10,538 bases of DNA, taken from the NCBI GenBank assembly GCA_039679545.1, contig JBDKUT010000139.1, forward strand, positions 1 to 10,538. The letters run 5' to 3'. Origin of the DNA: Thermotogota bacterium. GTDB taxonomy: Bacteria; Bipolaricaulota; Bipolaricaulia; UBA7950; UBA9294. The position numbers and the translations under genes were made by a program. Shown here piece after piece: positions 1 to 6,540 of this stretch; position 1 is the stretch's first letter, and every line of letters begins with the position of its first letter. Under the pieces are notes generated by a model, which was not told the origin of the DNA, did not search any database, and was given only the letters and a program-made list of their open reading frames with translations.

Positions 1-273
1 GTTCCCCTCCGAGCTGAACACGGGAGCCACGGCCGCGAGGCGGTTGAACCCGTCGCGGACGTGCGCGATGACCGGGACGAAAAGGTTCGCCCTCCGGTGG
101 AAGGCATCGCCGCCGAAGAGGTAGCAGTCGGCCTTGAACCGGCGGCCCGCCTCCTCGAGCGCGGGGAACAGCGCGAGCTGCTCGGCGAACCGCGTCCCGT
201 AACCCTCCGGTGTCGGCAGGCTGAACGCGGTCCAGTCGTGGAAATGAGTGTCCGAAAAGATGATTGCGCGCAT
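1..273 (-). CDS. Mre11/SbcD (T4 gp47-like) metallophosphoesterase nuclease, 5' part; runs off the left edge
   Basis: Not in the ORF track. Manual translation from ATG at 273 gives MRAIIFSDTHFHDWTAFSLPTPEGYGTRFAEQLALFPALEEAGRRFKADCYLFGGDAFHRRANLFVPVIAHVRDGFNRLAAVAPVFSSEGN, with phosphoesterase motifs DxH, GDxFH and the start of GN(H). RBS GGGAGGGG just upstream. The SbcD-type assignment also rests on its position next to recA. Confidence 0.88.
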   Translation of the reverse strand, partial: MRAIIFSDTHFHDWTAFSLPTPEGYGTRFAEQLALFPALEEAGRRFKADCYLFGGDAFHRRANLFVPVIAHVRDGFNRLAAVAPVFSSEGN

Positions 274-289
274 GTCCCCTCCCGGTCCT

Positions 290-306
290 ATATATCCCGC
301 GGCGCG
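290..306 (-). promoter_or_regulatory. Putative promoter element (GC run followed by ATATAT) upstream of the nuclease gene
   Basis: Minus strand reads cgcgccgcggg-ATATAT-16 nt-ATG. A matching arrangement precedes the SNF2 gene at 10313-10330. Confidence 0.45.
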
Positions 307-307
307 A

Positions 308-322
308 GCGAAATTATTTCGC
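308..322. promoter_or_regulatory. Perfect 7-1-7 palindrome GCGAAAT-T-ATTTCGC, putative operator, copy 1
   Basis: AT-rich dyad in intergenic DNA. The 15-mer agcgaaattatttcg (307-321) recurs exactly at 7881-7895. Confidence 0.6.
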
Positions 323-334
323 ACCGAAAGCGCA

Positions 335-358
335 CGGCCGGAGGTTCCCCTCCGGCCG
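335..358 (-). terminator. Stem-loop downstream of recA, possible intrinsic terminator or mRNA-stabilising hairpin
   Basis: 10-bp perfect stem cggccggagg/cctccggccg. The loop is GGAA (GNRA) on the minus strand. Only a weak U tract follows (tgcgcttt). Confidence 0.55.
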
Positions 359-465
359 CTCCCGCCCGCTGTTCCCGAACCGTAGCCGTCGCTTGAACTT
401 GTTGAGCGTGTCCCTGCCCTTCCTGTTCAGATTCTTTGCGCCCGCGGGGTCGGCGCCGTCAGATG

Positions 466-1614
466 CTACAAGTCGTCCTCGGGCTTGATGTCCTCCTCGC
501 CCTCCTCTTCCTCCTCGCACTTCGTCTCCGTGTTGCCGGCGGCGAGGACGAACACCGCCGCCTGTTCGATGAATGAGCAACCCTTCGAGTCGCGCATCGT
601 CTCGACCCACTCCTTCATGGAGAGCGCGTATTCGGCCGGGTCCGCGCCGTCCATGAACGACTGCCCCTTGAGGATCGGGTTGAGCGTGTAGGTCGTCTTC
701 CCCTTCTCGCCGACGAGGACGCCGTAGCGGACGAGCGTGTTGAAGAAATCCTCCTCCCACACGATGCCGCGCTTGTCGAAGTAGATGCAGAACTCCGTCT
801 CGAGGAACGGGCGGAAGCACTTGTTCTTGATCGTGCGCGCCTTGACGCGGACGCCCTCGACTTCGCGGAACTTCTCCGTTCCCTTCGCGCCCTTGACGCT
901 GCGCTCGCGGAACAGCTTCTTGACGACGGTGAGGAAGATGCGGATGCTCGCGTAGAACTTGAGCGCCCGCCCGCCGACGCTGTCCTGTTGCTTCCCGGGC
1001 GCCGGGCTGAACGTGCCGATCTTGTCGCGGAGCTGGTTGACGAGCACGAGCGCGGCCCCGGTGTTCGCGAGCTGCTTGCTCACCTTCTTCAACCCGCGGG
1101 AGAGGACGCGGGGGAGCGCCGCGACGACGGCATCCTTCGTGGACTTGTCCTCCTCCTGCTCCGTGATGAGCGCGGCCACGGAGTCGAGGAAGATGACGAC
1201 GGGCTCCTCCGCCGAAACCTCCCCCTCGAACTCGTCGAGGATGCCGACCATCGCGTCCATGATCGTCTCCGCGCTCGCGTCCCCGCTCTGGTCGTCGTAG
1301 GCGAGCCGGCCGAGGTCGAAGCCGACGTCCTCCGCGCGCTTCTTATCGAAGGTCGCCTCGATGTCGTGGAGCACGCTGAGCCCGGGGTTGGCGCTGATGA
1401 GCTGCGTGACGAGCGTGGTCTTTCCGGCGCTCTCCTCGCCGCTCACCTCGACGATGCGGCCGGCGGGCAAGCCGCCGCCACTGATGACGTTGAGCTGCGG
1501 GATGCCGGTCGGGATCCGGAACGGGACCAGCGCCCGGTCGTCGTCGCTGCTCAGGGTGAGGTTGATCTTGTATTTGCGGTTGATCTTCTCGAGGATGGAC
1601 CCGATCTTCTTCAT
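466..1614 (-). CDS. recA: RecA-family recombinase, divergent phage type (382 aa)
   Basis: IPTG..LN...GGGLPAGRIVEVSG, Walker A GEESAGKTT, catalytic DIE, Walker B FLDSVAAL, NQLRDKIG, GGRALKFYASIR, KNK, and an acidic C-terminal tail. Confidence 0.96.
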   Translation of the reverse strand: MKKIGSILEKINRKYKINLTLSSDDDRALVPFRIPTGIPQLNVISGGGLPAGRIVEVSGEESAGKTTLVTQLISANPGLSVLHDIEATFDKKRAEDVGFDLGRLAYDDQSGDASAETIMDAMVGILDEFEGEVSAEEPVVIFLDSVAALITEQEEDKSTKDAVVAALPRVLSRGLKKVSKQLANTGAALVLVNQLRDKIGTFSPAPGKQQDSVGGRALKFYASIRIFLTVVKKLFRERSVKGAKGTEKFREVEGVRVKARTIKNKCFRPFLETEFCIYFDKRGIVWEEDFFNTLVRYGVLVGEKGKTTYTLNPILKGQSFMDGADPAEYALSMKEWVETMRDSKGCSFIEQAAVFVLAAGNTETKCEEEEEGEEDIKPEDDL

Positions 1615-1617
1615 GCC

Positions 1618-2811
1618 CTACTTCTTCCCGGCGTCGCGCACGCGGGCGATGAGGTCCATCGCGCGCTGCTTCGACGACCCCTCCGCGGCGGGCTTCGCCG
1701 CGGGCGCGGGCTTCGTCTCCGCCTTCTCGGGCGCGGGCTTCGCCGCGGGCTTCGCCTGCTCGGGCGGGGCGGCCTTCGCCGCGGGCTCCTGCGCGGGCGC
1801 CTTCTTCGTGAAGAAGGACTTGCGCGCCGGCGGGGTGGCCTTCTCGGGCTCGGGCTCCGCCGCCTTCTCCGGCTCTTCCCGGGCGGCCTGCGTCTCCTCC
1901 GCGGCCTGCGCCTTCCCGCGCATCATGGCCCGGGTCGACTCCGTCTCCGCCATCTCAGCCCTGTTCTTGAACCGCTCGGGCGGAACCTTCGACGGCGCGG
2001 CGCCCGCGGCGCCCGTGATCGTCGGCAGGAGGTTGACCTCGAAGTGCCGCTTGACCTCGATCGAGATGACGCCGTCGTCCTCGACGGGCGGGAGGATGCG
2101 GATGCGGTTGACCCCGGGCTTGAGGTTGAAGAACTGCACGCGGTTGCCCCCGGCGTCCACGGCGTCCCCGGTGTCGCCGAAGCGGACGGCCTCGACTTCG
2201 CCCGTCTCGAGGTTCACGACGCCGCCGGCCTTCTTCGCCTTGAGCACGTCCCCCGTCTTGAGCAGCTCGGCCATCGCTTCCTCCGAGAGCACGGTGCGGT
2301 AGAGCCCCGTCTCGAGGTTGATGACCTTCTCGCCGTCCACGTCGGGGATGGCGCCGCGGTAGTCGCCGTCGGGGAGCAGCAGGTTCGTCTCGCAGCGGGC
2401 GGTGTAGCGGTTGTCGGTCGGCCGGTCGCCCTGCTCGAACTCGATCTCGAGCGCGCTGCCCTCGTCCGGATCCCACACGAGCCCGTGCGCGGCCTGCTTG
2501 TTGATGATGGCGCGGATCTGGTTGAACAGCGTCGGCGACGCGTAGAGGATCTGCGGCGTGAACGGCGCGCCGCCGGTCTTCTCGTTGAGGTCGATGATCT
2601 GGTAGACCTCGTAGGTCGTCGGGCGCAGCCGCCGCGCGGCCTGCTGGATCCCCTTGTCGCCGGAGCCGAGCGCCTTGTCGACCGCGGCGCACACCGGGCA
2701 CTTGCCGAGGTGCTCCTCGAGCCCGAACGTCTGGTAGCACAGCACCTGCGCCGGCCCCGTCTCGGGCTGCTTGATGCTGCCCTCCCTCGTGGACTTGCCC
2801 CATTTGAACAT
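1618..2811 (-). CDS. gp32-like zinc-binding single-stranded DNA-binding protein, apparently circularly permuted, with a Pro/Ala/Lys/Glu-rich tail (397 aa)
   Basis: LCYQTFG...KCPVC, ARRLRP, WDPDEG.ALEI and FFNLKPGVNRIRILPP...EVKRH match gp32-like SSB segments as I recall them. AGGAGG RBS before ATG 2811. Lies between polA and recA. Confidence 0.82.
   Translation of the reverse strand: MFKWGKSTREGSIKQPETGPAQVLCYQTFGLEEHLGKCPVCAAVDKALGSGDKGIQQAARRLRPTTYEVYQIIDLNEKTGGAPFTPQILYASPTLFNQIRAIINKQAAHGLVWDPDEGSALEIEFEQGDRPTDNRYTARCETNLLLPDGDYRGAIPDVDGEKVINLETGLYRTVLSEEAMAELLKTGDVLKAKKAGGVVNLETGEVEAVRFGDTGDAVDAGGNRVQFFNLKPGVNRIRILPPVEDDGVISIEVKRHFEVNLLPTITGAAGAAPSKVPPERFKNRAEMAETESTRAMMRGKAQAAEETQAAREEPEKAAEPEPEKATPPARKSFFTKKAPAQEPAAKAAPPEQAKPAAKPAPEKAETKPAPAAKPAAEGSSKQRAMDLIARVRDAGKK
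1688..1754. repeat. Four copies of gcgggcttcg encoding KPA repeats in the SSB tail
   Basis: Exact copies at 1688, 1706, 1733 and 1745, inside the low-complexity AKPAAKPAP coding region. Confidence 0.8.
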
Positions 2812-2823
2812 GCTGAACCCCTC

Positions 2824-3060
2824 CTAGTGTGGAAGTTGCCCGAGCTTGCGCCCGGTCATCTCGAGCAGCGTCTTGAGCGCCGCGTTTACTTGTGCCCGTT
2901 CCTCCGGCGTGAACATGCCCCACGTGGCCGGCTCGCGGAACGCTTCGAGGGTCGCCTCGATGTTGATGAACAGGTCGAGGATCGCCAACCCCTTCTGACT
3001 GATCGTGTTGTTCGCGCGTTCCGCCATCTCCGAATGCCCCCGGTTTAAGTAACCCGTCAC
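2824..3060 (-). CDS. Small hypothetical, probably helical protein (78 aa; alternative ATG start at 3027 gives 67 aa)
   Basis: Fills the gap between polA and SSB. The GTG overlaps the polA TGA (GTGA). GC-rich third codon positions in the body. No recognisable motif. Confidence 0.7.
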   Translation of the reverse strand: MTGYLNRGHSEMAERANNTISQKGLAILDLFINIEATLEAFREPATWGMFTPEERAQVNAALKTLLEMTGRKLGQLPH

Positions 3061-5492
3061 GCCGCAAGATCCATCTCGTCAGCGAACGCGAGCGCGGCCT
3101 TCCCGCTCCCGATCGTGAGCATGTTCGCCCAATCCCCGCCGATCTTCATCTCGCAAGTGAACGGGAAGCCGGCCCACTCCTCGACGTAATCGGCCTCCAT
3201 GATGGGAACGATGGCCCGGATCGCGACCGGGACAAGGTCGGCCCGGACCGAGAACATGACGCTATCGTGGACCGGGACGATGAACTTGATCTCGCCGCGG
3301 TCCTCGTAGCCCGTCTCGTCGAGCCACCGCCGGATCGCGATATACTGCCTGAGCGCGATCTCCGCCGCCGTCATCTGAATGTAGTTGTTCGCGGCGATGT
3401 TGTCGCAATGCTTAAGGAGCTCGCGGTCGTTCGAGAACTTCGCCGCGTTGAGGATCTTGCGCAGGTCGCGCTTCCGGCCGAAATGATTGTCCACGAACCC
3501 CGTCTCGCGCATCCGCTCGATACGCTCGAAGCGGTGCGCCGCCGCGACGTGGTAAACCAAGTCGTATTTCTTCATCTTCTCGCGAACGTAATCCACCGGC
3601 TTCCGAAGCTGCTGCGCAAGCCGGTATTCACCTGCGTTGTAGTTTTTCGCGAGGACGACCCGCTTCATGAGGTCGCGCTGCGCCTTCGTGTAGGTCGTGA
3701 CTTCCTCGACCTCGATCGCCGTCTCGCCGTAGAAGTCCTTGCCGTCGAGGAAGATCTGCATCATCTTCGGGTCGCCGCTGGAAACCGCCGTGATGCGCGG
3801 CTCGAACTGCGACATGTCGAACTCGAGGAACACGTGCCCCTCGTCCGCGATGAAGCACGAACGAAGGTCCGCTTCCTTTTTGTCGATGTTCTGCATGTTC
3901 GGGTCGGAGCTGCTGAGCCGCCCGGTGCGTGCCCCGCCCTGATTGAAATTGGCGTGGATACGCTCGTAGTAGAGCGTGCGCTCGATCAGCGGCTCGAAGC
4001 TCTTCGTGATCTTGTCGTTGATGTAGGTGTATTCGTTGATCGTCTCGATGAGCAGGCGTTGGAGCGCCGTCTTCGGGTCCGCATCCTGCGCGCAAACCAC
4101 ACACGCGCCGGACACCCCCTGCCGCTTGATGGTGTAGATCGTCGCGCCCTTCGCGATCTTCGCCGCGCAAATCGGGCACGCCGTCTCCTCGTCCGCGGTT
4201 CCGCTCGCCCCGAGCTTCCCGTCGATGTCGTGGAGCAGGTCGGCCCGCGTGTCCTTGTCCGTCTTCCACTTCCCCGTCGGCGTCCGCGCCGTGAGGACGA
4301 TGCCGCTCTTGAGCAGGAGCTCCGGGAAGACGTATTCCTTGCCGAGATCCATGACCGTGCAATGGTCGCGCGACCAGCCGGTGACGTTGTAGGCGATCTC
4401 GCGCAGCGTCTCCTCCGCCGAATCGCGCCGCTTGCGTGCCGCTTCGAGGCACTCGACCGCGCGCCGGTTGTCGAACCGGATGCCCTGTTGCTCAAGCCGC
4501 TTGAGAACGTGGATGACCTGCCACGTCTCGTCGTAGAGCCGCGCCAGCGTGGAATCCTCCGCCATGATCTCCGCCTGCTCGAGGAAAACGCGCGCCGTGA
4601 AATGCGCGTCCCGGGCGCAGTAACGGAGCAGCATCTCGAACGGGACCACCTCGTAACAGGAGTCGTCCGCCTCGAGCCTGCGCTGCGTGTCGTCCGGGAG
4701 GAGGTGCAGCGCGGAACGGCGCAATCCGCCAACGCCGCTCGCGGGGACGCCGATCTTGAACTTCGTGACGCCGCGCTTCGACGCCGGGGGGATCTCCTCC
4801 AAGATGGTGAACCGGGCGCCCTTCTCGCGCAGCGCCCCGAGCGCCTTCTCCGTGATGACCTTCTCCGACTTCCCGGAAGCGATCGCGATGAGCCCCTCGA
4901 GATACTCGATCTCCTCCGGGAACACGCCGTCCGCCTTCCGGACTTCCCAAAGGAGCGACTCCATCTCCGCGGCGAAACTCTCCGTGTCGTAGCGCGTCCT
5001 CCACGCCGCGAGGAACGCGGAGACGGGCGACTTGAAATTCTCGATCTGCAAGTAGCGCTTGACCAACGACTCGAGGTCGCCGCGCTGCGCTTCGGCGTCG
5101 GCGATGCGCTCGATTTGCAGCGTGTCCCAAAGCTTGCCCGCGATCTTCACGTCGAAGAACTCGAAATAGCCGGCGTCGAACTTGGCATTCTGCGCGATCC
5201 AGTCCCGCGCCGGGTCCGCGAAGATGCGCCGAAGGTCCGCCAGAATCTTCTCGACCGGAACGGGGAAGCGGATCGGAGCGCGCCCCTCCCGCTTCTCGAT
5301 CGGGACGACGTAGCCGCGCTGCCGCTCGAGCATCCAGAACCCGGCGCAGAGGATCCTGTTCGCCGGGTCGGGCGCCTTCGCGATGTTGCTCGTCTCCAAG
5401 TCGAACGCGACGATGCGCTCCGCCTCGAGCGCCGCGATGAACTCCGCGTAATCGCGCGCCGTCCGAACGATCGTGTAGATGTCCTCGCTCAT
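3057..5492 (-). CDS. polA: Family A DNA polymerase with 3'-5' exonuclease and no 5'-3' nuclease domain (811 aa)
   Basis: ExoI AFDLET, ExoII QNAKFD, ExoIII YCARD, TGRLSSSDPNMQNI, motif A FDMSQFEPR, motif B RDLMKRVVLAKNY, motif C VHDS. Start reassigned from 6185 to ATG 5492, which has an AAGGAG RBS directly after the primase TAA. Confidence 0.95.
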   Translation of the reverse strand: MSEDIYTIVRTARDYAEFIAALEAERIVAFDLETSNIAKAPDPANRILCAGFWMLERQRGYVVPIEKREGRAPIRFPVPVEKILADLRRIFADPARDWIAQNAKFDAGYFEFFDVKIAGKLWDTLQIERIADAEAQRGDLESLVKRYLQIENFKSPVSAFLAAWRTRYDTESFAAEMESLLWEVRKADGVFPEEIEYLEGLIAIASGKSEKVITEKALGALREKGARFTILEEIPPASKRGVTKFKIGVPASGVGGLRRSALHLLPDDTQRRLEADDSCYEVVPFEMLLRYCARDAHFTARVFLEQAEIMAEDSTLARLYDETWQVIHVLKRLEQQGIRFDNRRAVECLEAARKRRDSAEETLREIAYNVTGWSRDHCTVMDLGKEYVFPELLLKSGIVLTARTPTGKWKTDKDTRADLLHDIDGKLGASGTADEETACPICAAKIAKGATIYTIKRQGVSGACVVCAQDADPKTALQRLLIETINEYTYINDKITKSFEPLIERTLYYERIHANFNQGGARTGRLSSSDPNMQNIDKKEADLRSCFIADEGHVFLEFDMSQFEPRITAVSSGDPKMMQIFLDGKDFYGETAIEVEEVTTYTKAQRDLMKRVVLAKNYNAGEYRLAQQLRKPVDYVREKMKKYDLVYHVAAAHRFERIERMRETGFVDNHFGRKRDLRKILNAAKFSNDRELLKHCDNIAANNYIQMTAAEIALRQYIAIRRWLDETGYEDRGEIKFIVPVHDSVMFSVRADLVPVAIRAIVPIMEADYVEEWAGFPFTCEMKIGGDWANMLTIGSGKAALAFADEMDLAA

Positions 5493-5502
5493 CGTATCTC
5501 CT

Positions 5503-6540
5503 TTACAAGCGCCTGCGCGCCGCGAATGCCATGTAGTGCTGAACGTCGTCGGGGTCCATGCTCGGCCGCCCCGCCTTGAGCCAATCGCCGGGATCGCCTT
5601 CGCGGAGACGGAGAACGAACACCCGCTCGGGTCCGGCGTGAGACGCGATGCGGTCCGCGACCTTGAAGATGTCCGCGTCGGAAACGTCCGCCTTCCCGTC
5701 CAGCGTGACGATAATGCGCTCGACCGGGAGCGCCGCGATGCGCTTCGCCTTGTCGTCCGTCGCCGCCTTGCCGCCGAGCGCCACGCCCCACCGGAAGAAG
5801 CGGTTGATCCCGAAGGCGTCGAACGCCCCCTCGACGACGTAGACCTCCCGCCTGCGCCAGCGGTTCCACGCCAACCCGATCGGGAAATGCCCCGTCCCTT
5901 TGCCTGGCAGGCGGGGGAACTCGACCCCTCCGACCTTCGTCGGCTGCTCCTCCGACGGGTAGGTGTAGCGCCCCGTCGAATCGCGGAAGTAGTAGTAGAC
6001 CAGCGCGCCCCGTTCGTCATGAACGGGGATGACGACGGTCGGGCGTGAAGCGCCGAGCACGGCCCTGAACTCGTAGCGCGCGACCTCTTCCCTCGACAGC
6101 CCTTTGTCGAGGAGCAGGCGGAGCGCCTGAGCGCGCGCGTCGACGAACCCCGCCTCATCGTCACCGAGAATCGAAACGGTGGCACCCGGCCACCGAATCA
6201 CATCCCACGGATCCGCGGGCGCGCCCTCCGCCTTCCGGGCGGTCGCGCCCCCTAGCATCTCCTCCGCCGTGCTCGCGACGCGGCACCCGACCGCCCGCGC
6301 AACCTCCGCCCCGATCTCCGGGCCGAAGATGAACCGGGCGGCCTTGCCGATGTCCCGCGACGAGTAGCCGCAGCGGAAACAATGCGCCTGCCCGCGTTCG
6401 GCATTGATGTAGAGGTGTCGCTTGCGGTCCGGGCGCCCCGTCTGCCGGGCGCATTCCGGGCACTCGAGCTGCACCTCGCCGCCGCTCGAGCGCCGGGCGC
6501 GGTATCCGCTGAGCGTCTCGAGAAGAAGGGAGACGCTCAC
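5503..6540 (-). CDS. DnaG-like phage primase (Zn finger plus TOPRIM, 345 aa)
   Basis: CPEC...HLYIN...HCFRC zinc-binding domain, VVIPV, TOPRIM VYVVEGAFDA, ALGGK, VTLD, GDPGD. The GTG start overlaps the helicase TGA. Confidence 0.92.
   Translation of the reverse strand: MSVSLLLETLSGYRARRSSGGEVQLECPECARQTGRPDRKRHLYINAERGQAHCFRCGYSSRDIGKAARFIFGPEIGAEVARAVGCRVASTAEEMLGGATARKAEGAPADPWDVIRWPGATVSILGDDEAGFVDARAQALRLLLDKGLSREEVARYEFRAVLGASRPTVVIPVHDERGALVYYYFRDSTGRYTYPSEEQPTKVGGVEFPRLPGKGTGHFPIGLAWNRWRRREVYVVEGAFDAFGINRFFRWGVALGGKAATDDKAKRIAALPVERIIVTLDGKADVSDADIFKVADRIASHAGPERVFVLRLREGDPGDWLKAGRPSMDPDDVQHYMAFAARRRL

Noticed and set aside
61..488. Plus-strand ORFs 61..396 and 264..488
   Set aside because: They lie antisense to the Mre11-like gene and across the regulatory region, with no motifs.
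1680..1870. Short repeats as a CRISPR array or iterons
   Set aside because: They are 10-bp, irregularly spaced, in-frame repeats explained by KPA peptide repeats.
988..3048. 686-aa plus-strand ORF
   Set aside because: Antisense shadow of recA, SSB and the small ORF, expected from high GC and codon bias. No motifs.
3057..5492. Intein or intron as the explanation for the polymerase insertions
   Set aside because: No C/S...HN-C/S/T splice termini, no LAGLIDADG or HNH motifs, and the frame is uninterrupted.
3267..5579. 770-aa plus-strand ORF
   Set aside because: Antisense shadow of polA with no recognisable domain.
5493..6185. 231-aa N-terminal extension of the polymerase ORF (1042 aa in the track)
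   Set aside because: It overlaps the primase in another frame and is Arg/Ser-rich. A clear RBS and ATG at 5492 directly precede the ExoI region.
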